From Laetmonice hystrix (Eukaryota): a stretch of 60,000 nt of DNA. The notes beneath the pieces were generated by a model. It made no database searches. It worked only from the letters and a program-made list of their open reading frames with translations, and was not told the DNA's origin. Each line of letters begins with the position of its first letter. Position 1 is the stretch's first letter. Below, in pieces: positions 1 to 11,590 of this stretch. The position numbers and the translations under genes were made by a program. The stretch lies in the NCBI GenBank assembly GCA_965235115.1, contig OZ249436.1:33978001-34038000 (forward strand), in the 5' to 3' direction.

Positions 1-250
1 GGTTTTATAATGAGACGAGTCTTAAGGATCTTTTTAACAATATCAGACCAGGAGTGATTTTAGAGTTCTTGTCAGAGGCTGGACTTCTGACCCTTTTCTA
101 GATGTGTTTTGGTGGTGTTCCCGTTGGGACCCGGGATAAAATAGGTTCCTTTGGTTTTATGGTCTTATAACTCTGTTTTCGCCGTGAAGATGGCCGCAGA
201 TGCCGACACGGCGCAAAATCACCACTACTCACTCACTCACTCACTCACTC
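1..250 (+). mobile_element. 3' end of a non-LTR retrotransposon (I/Nimb-like LINE), copy 1, cut by the window start
   Basis: Near-identical to 1095-1335, which follows a recognisable LINE ORF2 C-terminus. Has a 3' stem-loop (CGCCGTG...CACGGCG) and ends in a (CACT)n tail at about 223-250. Confidence 0.85.
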
Positions 251-543
251 GTCAGGGCTATCGTTAGGCTGACCGGCCGTCTTATCCTTTCAGGCGCGGA
301 GGTTGTTCTTGGTAAATTCCGCTGCGTGCTTGTTTCCACTGTCTTAGCATCAGGAGCCGGCCTTGGCCTACCGGTAGCTCGAGCCGAATGTACATCTGCC
401 CGTGTTAAGTGGGTAAGAGCCAGCAGCTCGTCGCATCCCTCGTTCCGGAGAACTGAGGTTGTGGTTCTTGAAAGTTTGAATTCCCGTGCCCAAGAGTCGA
501 AGTCGAAACTTGGGCCTGCCGCTGTCTCCGATGGCAGTGCCAT
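251..543 (-). pseudogene. Frameshifted SAM-like domain ORF fragment, possibly ORF1 of a DIRS/Ngaro-type retroelement
   Basis: The ORF reads FDFDSWAREFKLSRTTTSVLRNEGCDELLALTHLTRADVHS. A 1-nt shift near 384 continues LELPVGQGRLLMLRQWK, completing a SAM-like helical pattern. It is cut off by LINE copy 1. The family assignment is inference. Confidence 0.45.
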
Positions 544-850
544 GCTGAGAACGATGCTTTTTGAGGCTTGTTGCTTGCGCGCTGCTAACCGTCAGACTGA
601 CGGGCTGCTCCAGGGGGACTGGAGAAGTAAGTTCCGGGTCCCCTGCAGCGATGATTGACACATGTCTGTCCTCATTTAAACATGATTAAATGGTATTTAA
701 TCCCCCTAGTGATCCAGAAGCTCAGTCAGGAGGGCTTGGTTACAGACTGCACCGGGTTGTGTGGGGTTCATCAGACTTCTAGCATAATCAAGCCTGTTTG
801 TGATCAGGAGTTTTCCTGCATCGTCATCGCATACATACTTCAAAACCCCA

Positions 851-1335
851 TGATGAACAATGGGATGAACAACCAAACAATAAATTGTATCAGATCAGTC
901 CCAAACCAAAGGTATCATCATGGCCTAACCCAACGGAGGCATGCAATTGTTTTTACTCGATGCAGAGTTGGTCATTCTAGATTAACCCATGTGTTTTTAT
1001 TGAAGGGGGAGCAACCTCCAGAATGTTATGGCTGTCAATGTCCTTTGACACTGAAGCATCTTTTACTAGAATGATTTTACTCTCATCAGACAAAGGTTTT
1101 ATAATGAGACGAGTCTTAAGGATCTTTTTAGCAATATCAGACCAGGAGTGATTTTAGAGTTCTTGTCAGAGGCTGGACTTCTGACTCTTTTATAGATGTG
1201 TTTTGGTGGTGTTCCCGTTAGGACCCAGGATAAAATAGGTTCCTTTGGTTTTGTGGTCTTATAACTCTGTTTTCGCCGTGAAGATGGCCCCGGATGCCGA
1301 CACGGCGCAAAACCACCACTACTCCCTCACTCACT
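851..1335 (+). mobile_element. 5'-truncated I/Nimb-like LINE, copy 2 (ORF2 C-terminus, 3' UTR and tail)
   Basis: Encodes WDEQPNNKLYQI (other frame) and RRHAIVFTRCRVGHSRLTHVFLLKGEQPPECYGCQCPLTLKHLLLE, the typical C-terminal zinc-knuckle region of I-group LINEs. Ends in CACT repeats. Flanked by ACTTCAAAACCCCA (837-850) and ACTTCAAAACTCCA (1333-1346), a 13/14 TSD. Confidence 0.88.
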
Positions 1336-1869
1336 TCAAAACTCCAGCTGGTTTTCTGTTTCCAGAAATTTTCCACTTCTCAAAACGAGCACGCACAGCA
1401 GCAGCATGATTGCAGGGGTATGTCTTTCGCTGAGCCATTTCTCCAGGGATAAGGTTGCCACTGAGCCAAGTAGAAGTGTTCATTCTTTGCTGACTTGGTA
1501 ATATCTGGAGGTTTCATGCCCAGTGTACTACCGATCTACCCTTCCATATTATCTACAGTGTAATTGAACCCCACTGAGGGTGTCCATGTGTGATCAAAGA
1601 GCAACAAGCCGACGAAAAAAGTCCGTCCAAACTTAATTACAAATAGGTGTTGCTCCTTAGTTTTGTACTTTCAGTGTTCATCTGTGAACTAAGACCAGAC
1701 AACAGACGGGTCCAAATTATTATCAAAGTCTTTTTCGTTGTCCCAACAATGCAGGGAAGATGCCGCACTGATATAGCAACTTTCTCTTGAAAGAAATAGC
1801 TGCAGAGATTCACTGTCAACCGACAGTGCAGGAAAGAAGCTTTATCACCATGTAAAATGTTCTCCCCAA

Positions 1870-2043
1870 TCTGATCTCAGGCCTACCATTTGGGCTTATA
1901 TTAAAAACAAATGGCAGGCCGAAACAACCAAACAACAAGTTATATCAGATCAGTCCTGCTGTGAACCAATGTTCACAACTCCCTGGCCCAACCTAGGTAT
2001 TGAGTTGTTTTTACCCGATGCAGGATTGGTCATTCTAGACTAA
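1870..2043 (+). mobile_element. Older, degenerate fragment of the same LINE family
   Basis: AACAACCAAACAACAAGTTATATCAGATCAGTCC and GTTTTTACCCGATGCAGGATTGGTCATTCTAGA align to 869-980. The upstream part translates SDLRPTIWAYIKNKWQ. Confidence 0.75.
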
Positions 2044-2474
2044 TATCGGCACGATATTTTCCAGCGCCATCCCTTTGTGTAGGCCCTTAAGGCTGAATGT
2101 ATACCAGATTGTCTGGTTGAGGTTTGGTCCGCCATTTTGGATTGTTAAGCTCCTGCGAGCCTAATTATATATGTACCCGGGTTCTTTACCACTTATTGTC
2201 TGGCTGACGATTGAGTTGGGGAACTAGCTCGTGAAGGGAGTAAGTCGGTAGGCCGAAAGGTAATTATGACACAACAGGACATAAGTTACTAAAGATTCTT
2301 TAATTAACAGTAGAATAAACAAAACACACTAATACATAAACCGTCAACATGCTGGTAAAAACCGTTTGCTTACTGGGTTGCAGAATGAGTCACTGAAGAA
2401 TGTGGCCACCTGTTGGAGCTATTTGAAGCAGACCATCCATTTGTGTCATGAGGTCTTTCTTTCACTCTCTTCAG

Positions 2475-2557
2475 CTATTTGGAGCCGACCAATGAACCTA
2501 CATCTCACCAACCTGTGCTTGCCTTTGAAGATGGAACGTTTCTGCAAGTGACTAACG
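2475..2557 (+). CDS. Penultimate coding exon of an unidentified gene (YLEPTNEPTSHQPVLAFEDGTFLQVTN)
   Basis: Strong acceptor (tctttctttcactctcttcag) and consensus donor (G|GTAAGT). The 83-nt open frame ends in phase 1 and joins in frame with the exon at 3258. Confidence 0.7.
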
Positions 2558-2574
2558 GTAAGTAGGTTATCCTA

Positions 2575-3225
2575 TTTTAGCTCTAATGGCTGGAAGCCAG
2601 TCGAGCATAATTTGAGGTGCGTTGTCCGCCCGTTAACAATTTGGTTTCAACGAGAAAACTGCAACAAATCTTAATGGATTTCAACAAAACTTTGAACATA
2701 AGTTCATATGGCCAATATCTTGGATTAGTTCGATAATAAGTGGAATCCATGCCCCGTAAGTAGGTCAGCAGGTCTCGCATTGGTTTCGCTTGGAATTTCG
2801 TTTCAGCACAATAACTTGGACAGATCACGATGGATTCCAATAAACTAACATGAGTTCATTTGGCCAATATCTCGAACAAGCTTAATAATCAGCAAAATCA
2901 GGTTAGTGTAAGTAGGTCAACTGACACCTGCTTTGGAGCTTCTTGATTGTGCCTGGGATTTGGTTTCAGCGCAGTAACTTGAACAAATCACGACGGATTT
3001 TAAGAAAACTTTGAACATGGGTTCATATGGCCAGTATCTCGAACAATTTCGATAATAAGCAAAGTCGGGGTACCCGATTGGTGGAGGTTCTTAGCCCCAT
3101 AACTTTGACAAATATTGCTGGATTTCCATGAAATTTGGTATAGCGACTTGTATTAACCTTGTTTTGAAATTCATGCTGCCTAAGTAGGTCAACTGCGCTC
3201 TCATTGGTCATTCTTGGGATTGGTA
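2575..3225. repeat. Intronic repeat with 3-4 diverged subunits of about 150-170 bp
   Basis: Recurring GTTCATATGGCCAATATCT-like blocks (about 2702, 2853, 3021), TAAGTAGGTCA (about 2757, 2908, 3181) and TAACTTG(G/A)ACA(G/A)ATCACGA (about 2812, 2975). Confidence 0.6.
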
Positions 3226-3257
3226 TTGTTTCAAATTATTTACTTATTATTTTTCAG

Positions 3258-3331
3258 GTAATTTACCAGACATCATAACTGAAGGTGCTCTCGAAGGTTT
3301 GTACGGCTCTGGGGATTCGGTTAGGTCATGA
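3258..3331 (+). CDS. Terminal coding exon of the same gene (GNLPDIITEGALEGLYGSGDSVRS*)
   Basis: Acceptor ttattatttttcag. G from the previous exon plus GT gives Gly, and the frame is open to TGA at 3329-3331. A candidate AATAAA lies near 4746. Confidence 0.65.
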
Positions 3332-3690
3332 TACCAGTGACCTGCTCTTCAACAGATCGGACAGAGCGACGTCAGCCATTGAAATGCCAACACCAACAGT
3401 CCCATTCAAAGTCTTCTATGTACATATACTGGGGGGGTTTTCATGACAATTGTATCAAAAACACGTTACCCGGTATATGCTGTAACTAAGCACCTATAAT
3501 ACCATTCAGTGGATCAATTTTGAATGCCGAATCTGAGAGTCAAGATATTTGAGGAGAAGCAAGTGTTCTTCAAAGTATCAGATTTAGGATAATTATAACA
3601 TGTTTGTTCAAGATTGTATTCCTATTTGCCATCTATAGAATCGGTTCAGTGAAAGAATTTGAGTTAACTTAAGTCTCCTTATTTAGGCCG

Positions 3691-3848
3691 CACTGGCCGG
3701 CCCTCCATTCCCCACTCCCGTATTCCCCGTTAGGCGGCGCTGTAGTAACTAATAGTATAGTCTTTCTGTGTCGAAATTTAGGCGCCACCTAACGGGTACT
3801 AGAGGAGTGGGGCGTCATGGCAGCCTCCTCAACCCCCGGCCAGTAGTG
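3691..3848. mobile_element. Degenerate hairpin/MITE-like inverted repeat
   Basis: Three nested complementary blocks: CACTGGCCGG/CCGGCCAGT, CCCCACTCC/GGAGTGGGG and CCCGTTAGGCGGCGC/GCGCCACCTAACGGG. Confidence 0.65.
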
Positions 3849-5450
3849 TTCCTATTTCTGAGATTCTAGTGTTGGCAGGTATGAGACTTGGAACAGCCAA
3901 TGAAATTCCTCGGGCGATGACAGACTTTGCATATCGCCAAACTGAGGAAGGAATCCCCATCACATGATCGATAGCATAGAGTCGGCAATAATTTCAGACT
4001 GGTAGGAAATGATGATGTAAAGAAGGTCTGGATTTAGGAGACTTGAGGCGATTCAGGCAGATGAATAAGTAGTAAGTAAGGCAACTTTTGACTGGGCAAA
4101 GTGTTATTATGCCTTAAAAGTGATTCCTAGGGTGTTGATGCCTCTATACAAATTAAGGTGGCTTTTGTTACTTTTAGATATTCGTGATTTGCTTCAAAAA
4201 ATGGAGGACCTGTAAAAAAGGTGATTGATATACATATGAAATTCAGCGGTTCACTTCAAGATATTTGCAGTCATATCCACTTGTCTAGTACCAATGTAAT
4301 ATGCTTGCATAAACTTCATGTGTTATACCTATCCAGACTCCCCAATTCAGTTGCTATGTAAGTAGGTCCCAATATCTAACCTTATCTCATGCATACATGA
4401 CTGGGGACATCGATTCAGACCAGTCTAGAAATGGAGGGTTTATGTAATGAGAAGTAATCGGGAAGTATCAGTTTCAGACCAGTGGGAGCATAGTTCATCA
4501 GAGGAATGCGCCCTTATAAAACTGAGTGCAAAGATTCGGTTGTAAAATGATAGCACTCCTAGGATGGTGCGAGTATCGCCAGTGGCGTAGAATTGTAGGC
4601 AACCTCTCAAATTGTGATCTGTATTAGAATTACTGTGGAGAATGCGTACATGCTTTTAAATTATACTGTAATGTGATAAAATATAACATGAGTTAATCAA
4701 TATAAGGGCCATAATTTACATGAAATGTCTCAGAGGATAATTGAAAATAAACTGTGATACAAGTGATGTGTTAAGAGATAGCTATAGGAAATAGATCAGG
4801 AAAGGAAAATGATGATAAAGAAATTTCAGCAAAGAGGAATAGAAGCTGAAGAATAAGAGATGTGCCTTTGTACCACTGGTGCCCCTTTTGTATACCGGCG
4901 ATGTTGAGCAAATCATGGTGCCTTTGCTTAATGGGTCACACGGTGGTCAAGAGTTTTCAGGCGTCATGACTTGGAGGTCCATACGAAGTAGTATGATGGT
5001 GGCACCGTGTCAGTAACCTGCGTGACTGTGCAATCGTTTGACTCCACCTTCGCTGGAGATATGGGGGATGGCCATATTAGCTGCTTTAGAGAAACCTAGA
5101 ATATTATTAGTCACCCTTTTACAGGTGATCTCATTACTTTCAATAAGTATACTGTCGCTATATATCTCACATGTTAAAAATGGTCTTTTTTCACCAGAAT
5201 GTATAAAAATTAGGGCAGTACGTAGGCTTAATGTTAATCTTGGTAAGCTTGCAATTTTCATGATCGTGACCCCCACCTCCACCCCCAACAGCCAGGTTGT
5301 ATCGTGGGCCCATGGTACTTAGTGAACTAGTGGACAGTTGATGTGAATGATTGTAATATGAAGTATAGTGAACTGTTTTTAGATCCACAGGTTAGATTCT
5401 TATAGACCTTTGGATGAACGAACACGGAGGGCATTGCCATATCAACAGTC

Positions 5451-6012
5451 GGGCTACAATTATTTTATTTTTTGGTTTACGGGCACCCTGCAAAGTTACT
5501 CAAAGTACGGAGGACGAAAAAAAAAGACTTCCTCCCGCTATACTCCCCCCTCCCCCAACTTTTATGATAGTTACATTAACATGTCTGAGGAAAAGAAAAT
5601 ATCTCCACACCTTAACTAGTAATACACTTAACACCTCCATAGGGCTCCTGGGGCCTTAATATTGATTACTGGCTAGGACCTAGGCATAGACGCTCTCTGA
5701 CCTAGACCTAGAGTAGGCTAGGCAAAGAGACAGGGGAGTGGCGAATGAGCTGGAAGCAGATTTTGTGGTAGGCTTCCAGTTCCAATTTGTAAAAAGTGAA
5801 AGTAAGTAATGTCTAAGATGCACTTATTTATGCCACTTGATGTGGGTAGGATTAAAAAAAAATTGATTTTTTTCTGTGTGTTTTGTCTGGCACATCGGGA
5901 AGTTCGGCGGGAATATTTTTTAAAAGTGATTTCCCCCCATTTTTTGTTCTACTTATGCGTTTTCCCATGTCGGCGGGCCCGTAAACCAAACAATAAAAAA
6001 AGTGTGGCTTTA
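5451..6012. mobile_element. Degenerate non-autonomous terminal-inverted-repeat (TIR) element
   Basis: TTTTATTTTTTGGTTTACGGGC (about 5463-5484) is inverted relative to GCCCGTAAACCAAACAATAAAA (about 5977-5998). No clear TSD. Confidence 0.5.
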
Positions 6013-7400
6013 GCAGCACCGGTTTTAGGTGAACATTTGTGTATTTAAAGATAGTGAACGTTTGAAAACCACCTGTGCCTTGTCACCACTTTCAGTGGAT
6101 TGATTATCTCATAATTATTGTTTCCATGGTGCTGAAAAACCATTCTTTCCACCATTTTTCCATATGTGAATTCTAATTATTATTAGACACTAACGTCGGT
6201 TTTTGCTGATACGAAGAGCATGATTTTACGGCTTTTTATAAATATTGTGTGGTGAGTTTTTAACCTCCACTATGACAAGATAAAATATTAATAATTGTAT
6301 AGAGTTTGTTCTCATCTGTATAGTTAATTTCGACTTATCCATGGTGATATTTAAGGATAGAGTTAAGTTTCTTTAGCTACGTTTCTATCCCAACAGTTAT
6401 GCTCTTACTGATTGCAAAGAACTTGCTGATTGTCAGGAACTAGAGGGCGCTCATTTTGACCCATTTCGCAGTGCTGAAGAAATAGCAAGTGATCCGGAAT
6501 TTCCTGGAACGAGACCCAATGCCTGAAAGTTTAATGAAAATCAGTGTGTTGCTTTTTGAGATATCTTACAAACAGAGAAATAAAGACAGACCATGCTGAA
6601 AACTTGTTGGGTGGAGGTTATGTTTTGTTAAAATTATGTTTATGTTAAATAACGAAGTTGGGAGGATGTTAAGTATCACACTGTTTGATGACATAGAGGG
6701 GCGGATTGGGGGAGGGGGGGGGTCGATCATTTTCCGGAAATCAGTCAAAGGTTAGCCCCCACTCCCCCCCCCCCCCAAAAAAAAAAACAGGAATGCCCCC
6801 CTTCCTCAACATCAAGATGAGAACGAATTTTTTTTCTGCGGTCCCAACTACTTCGTTAACCGTATACAGCCCAGGCACCTGGACTGGAGAGAGCTATATA
6901 CTCGGTGTTAACCCCTATAGGCGGTAGTATTAGGGCTAATGGACCCCCATTAATTTAAACATTTCCTGGTCAGGACACGGGTAGAAATTAACACCTAACC
7001 TCAGTGTTCCGGAGAGTGTTGGTGGCTTTTTTTTTCGGGGGGGGGGGGGCACTGTATAGGTGAATGAATAGATCCACATATGCCTACATGATATGGGTTC
7101 ACTCGGTTGGGGGGGGGGGGGTACCAGAACCCTGCTTTTGAATTTTTTTTTGGGGGGGGGGGCGGGCTTGGAGGGTATTCTGAGCTTCATTCTACGGTTA
7201 CCGGTAGGGGGCACTGTTACGACTAGGGCGGCCTCTGGTGTTGGGGATATGGTGAATTTGATGCGCATGGAAAGTTGCAATTGAAGCCGGGATGCTCTTG
7301 TGAGGCAAGTTTGCGTAAATAAATAATAAATTTGCAATTTTTGGAGCCCCACCCGACCAAACCTGGAGACGACCATGGGCCTAGAAGCTTCATGTCTCAC

Positions 7401-7486
7401 TTTAAGCAGGTTCCCGGCTTCCCCGCTAGTTGTCTCTGTGGTCCACCAACGAGCCACCTAGCGAGGTAGCCGGGAACCTGCTCAAA
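7401..7486. repeat. 86-bp hairpin (inverted repeat)
   Basis: A perfect 15-bp stem AGCAGGTTCCCGGCT/AGCCGGGAACCTGCT, extended inward by an imperfect CGCTAGTTGTCTC/GAGCCACCTAGCG. Confidence 0.8.
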
Positions 7487-7899
7487 CTAAACCTAGGAAT
7501 ATAAGTTGAGGGTAAAGTAGGGTGTTTAGGCCAATTCTAGAAATACCCCTTTCCTTCCTTTCTAGCGTTGGATGCGGCACAAAATTCAAAGACATTCTTT
7601 CTTTTAAATGGAATCTCTAGCACTAATATAATTAGTGGAGATATGTCCATTTTAGTTGTCAAAACGGAGGCATGGCTGGAGTGGAGACCAAAACTCCATT
7701 TCTGTCACTATTTCATGGACAGGCCTACATAATAAATTGACTTATCATAATAGGCTATACATGTATTTATATTTTTTGTATAATAATTCTCATTATAATG
7801 TACTATGCCTACCTACAGAACTGTGGCCGGACAAGAACTTACGCGTAAAACTAAAGAATCTCGCAAAACCTAAACTTGGGAAGACGATGTTTGAGTAAC

Positions 7900-8151
7900 G
7901 TTAGTGACCTGAATTACCGCTAGATGTCAGCACTAATATGATCCCGTGCCGTATTTTACATTCTCGAGAGACGCGCGATAGATTGATGGCGTTCGAGTCA
8001 TCAACTTCGGCAAGTGCATCATACGCGGGACAACTCGTCATGCTTCGATGAACATCTGACTATAGGCCCTAGGTGGGTAGGCCCATACGCTAGATCTATA
8101 CATGTAGTACTAGCCTATGCCATAAACATGTGACGTGTGCCGGAGGTAAGC
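7900..8151 (+). promoter_or_regulatory. Candidate promoter and non-coding first exon of a plus-strand gene
   Basis: Local CpG enrichment (7940-8050), TCTCGAGAGA (one mismatch to the TCTCGCGAGA promoter motif), a CTCF-like CCGCTAGATGTCAGCA at 7917, donors AG|GTGGGT (8072) and AG|GTAAGC (8146), and a downstream TAGGCCTA cluster. Confidence 0.4.
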
Positions 8152-8578
8152 CTCTAGAGGCTAGGGTTACTGTATGAACATGTGCTTCTGAAAGTTATTG
8201 AGCAAGGGCTGCAGAATTTATAACCCTTAACTAAGGTAATTAGGCCTAACTCGCCCTAAAACTATTGACCTACGGCTACGATATTATTGCTCTAAAGTCT
8301 AAGCCCCCAAATTCTAACCTATCTAGGCCAGTATGGACGAGTTTCTATTTTGGCATTGCAGTGGGCCACTGTCCTGATCGATAGACCTGTCCTTTTTAAC
8401 TCAGGATAAATTTATCCTATGCCCATAGGCCTATGGCTTATCACTGAAAAGTGAAACTTTGTAAGGCCTACCTTCGCCTACGTCGACCTAGGCTACAGTT
8501 GAGATGTTTGATGAAGTCATGACAGGAGGTCTTGGTCTCACAGCAGAAGTGTTTATAGCCTACTACAGGCATGTTTAT

Positions 8579-8700
8579 CAGTGGCGAATCCGGGGGGGGG
8601 GGGGCTATTGGGGTACGTCCTCCTCCCCCGCCCGACAAATTTGAGAACCCCTTGATTCATATTAGGCGTGCCCCCCCCCCCTCCCGCCTGCAACGACCTC
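8579..8700. mobile_element. Remnant of a CAGTGGCG-ended small non-autonomous DNA element
   Basis: Begins CAGTGGCGAATCC followed by poly-G, then poly-C. Same design as the elements at 17495 and 20220. Confidence 0.4.
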
Positions 8701-11590
8701 AGCTGCATAACATACACTGATAAACTGAGAAGACTCATTAGGCCTACGGGTCGAACTAGTCAGTAAGCCTAGTGTAGTTAGGCTTACACAGACTAGGCCT
8801 ACTATTTTCCTAACTCACAATGGTTGCAGTACTAACCCTCTAGACTTACATGGGGACTGTACATTCCAGGGATATTAATTTTAATTAGCCATGGACCATG
8901 ACCGTCACATTTTTGTTAAGAAATAGGACTACCTCCAACTGCTGATAGTCGGTTTCTCATGGCATGCGATTTGGTCTGCATGTGGGGGGAGGAGAAGGGA
9001 TAAACAATACAGTTCCTTCAGGTTACACTAGATGGCGGTTCTGTTTGTATCCGCACACCATCATTGCTCATTGTAGCCGCAGTGGAATCTTTCGGATGGA
9101 CACGTTCTGCATCAGAGGAGAGATCAACTTGTGTAGCCTGGAAAACGTTTAAGTAGGCCTAAAGCAGGGAAGGTTGGTATTGACTTGTCTGCTAATAGAG
9201 GAGCAACATGTCAGCGACCTTACCAGGCCTTATGCCCCTTAGCCTCATCCCTTGGCCTCATTCAATAACATGATGTCATCATCAGTCCCAGTGCACCCTA
9301 TTAAGATTGTATGCGATTTGTAGAAGTTTTCCTGACAACGAGAAGGGGTAAAACACCTCAGAAAGTCATTGTCATGCCTTTATTTCCTGATCACATGTTT
9401 TAGTATATTAGGACATATGTTTCTGAACTGTAACTTCTGGGCAAAGGACTTAATTTTTTCTCCATTTATTGTTTGCAGAATGTTAATTCCCCCTCATTGA
9501 ATGTGGAACTAGATGCCATTTATCACTGAGCAAAATGCAGAGGGAGAGTAAGAGTGGGCTATGCCATGTTGCCATTGTTGCTTAGCCTTTGACAAAAGCA
9601 ACAGTTATCAGTTTTAATTATTCATCCTCTCTTCTGGGATGGTCTTCCCTCTTCTCCAACGTGCTGCCATTATTTTGCAATTGTCAGAGCCTGTACCGAT
9701 AGGGACGGCAGCACCAGTTATGGCCTGCGGTGTCCCCTGATCGTAATGAAAATTGCTCTGAAATAGACGTCTTATGGTCTGCTGCCAGTCACAATAGTAA
9801 TTCGTAAATGTGCAACTGTCGGATGCCGCAGCATCTATTGTGATTCGCTGACAGGCTGCAGAATTGAGATGGAGAAGGGAGCTTTATACTTCCACGGTGT
9901 GTCATCTCAGTTGCATCACCACCATTTACATTGATGACTTCATGGCAGAGTAGGCCTTTTAGGGCCTCCTCTGTGGCAGGCCTTGGCAGTCCAACTGGTG
10001 ACAGTTAAACATTAGCAGTATGCCAACCATTTCATCGGCTTTGGTGACCTCCACTCCGGGAACAGGCACAACATTCAGGATGTGACACTTTGCCATCAAT
10101 GAAATACAATCATCCTGGCTGATTTTCCCCTAGTTTCTTGTTGCTCCGCCCCCTCCGCACCGGTTTCAGAGTGTGACGGTTCTGTGCATCAGGTATAGAT
10201 TTTTCACACAGCAACTTGAGCTGTAGTGCCACTGGGCAAAGGGTATTGCAGGCACCAAATGCAAAGTTGAAGACGGTCTCAGCATCTTCTATATCACAAT
10301 TGTTAAAGGAATAAAATACGATATCTATAATCCGGACTGGACAAGCAGAGTTACAGATAGATTAGGAGAGTCTCACCGGTGTTACTGCTGGCAATTATGA
10401 GTTGTCGACACAGGAACCGGTGTTACGGAAATCCATTGTTCAAGAGGATATAGCAGAGGTCGATTGCCTTTCTACATGGCCATTCGCCATGGGGCATAAA
10501 TGATGGGACACACGCCGCATAATATTGGGTTCCAACTTCTAAACTGGAGATTAATGAAAACTTCCACCTTCGTGCTCCAGCATTATTATTCTTCCTGTGC
10601 CCAGTTTGGACCAAACAGTATCCGGGTGTATAGAGATATTAAAAACCATAGTTTCTTTACCATGGGGTTTATCTTTCGCACGATTGGGATTGTGACATTA
10701 TCATGGTAAGATGACATAGGGGTCCGACGAAAAGAGTTTAAGATCGGCGACTTCCTGTAAGATTTTGTGAAATAGTCATCACAGAGTCAGAAACCAATTC
10801 CTGCAGCACCAGTGTCCAAGCCATATCATGACCGGTCAGTGAAGGCGTGAGGGGGAGAGTAGGGTGGGGTGATGGGGTGCAGGCGTCAGGTAGTGGCCAG
10901 CCAGTAACGCACCCACCCCTCACTGCCACAGGACAAACAACAGCTTGCTTGATTCAGCGGGGTCTGAACATTGAATGGTAACTACAGAACCAGTGGAATG
11001 CATCCAGGAAACGACCCAACCGTTCAGAATGAAATAGGATTGAGTAAATCTGGCATTACTATTATTCCTTTCTTTTCATGTCATGTTGGAAATACAGAAA
11101 TATACAAGTTATGTTGTTCTTTTGCTAGTTCACTAAGAAATTGAGGAGTTTTCTTCTCGTTCTGGATTGATATTACTGTGTACTTTCATTTAACGGTTTG
11201 GCGTGACCGAGGATGTCTATAGTTGGTCCTCATGCGAGGTATTAAAGGAAGGCATTCAGAGAGGGTGGCCGGAAAATCTCCAGATGTTTGGAGCTGGGTG
11301 TGAGCGCTAAGATCCTGTTAGTAGTGGCCAGGTGTTCCTGCTGTGAGATAAGCCAGACAGGAGACATCATTACAAAAGGCCCATATCCCCACGGCCAGCC
11401 CGCCGTAATCGGCAGCTAACGTGCTGCTTCGGGCCAGGCCAGACAATGTTAAGCACACCCATACCGTTGACCATTGATCAGGGTAACTTTATTACTGTAA
11501 TATTGCGGCAATCTTGCTCTTGACGGGTGTGGCCAGAATCACAGACTGTTCATTAGTGTGTGGTCCATCGACAGCCCAGTCGGTCAGTCG

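Noticed and set aside
4470..4503. Possible minus-strand hammerhead ribozyme core (CTGATGA...GAAAC); a similar plus-strand word pair lies near 12258
   Set aside because: Stem II does not base-pair in either case.
6566..7457. Proline/lysine-rich ORFs
   Set aside because: They arise from poly-C/poly-G and poly-A/poly-T tracts of degenerate small repeats and show no domain signal.
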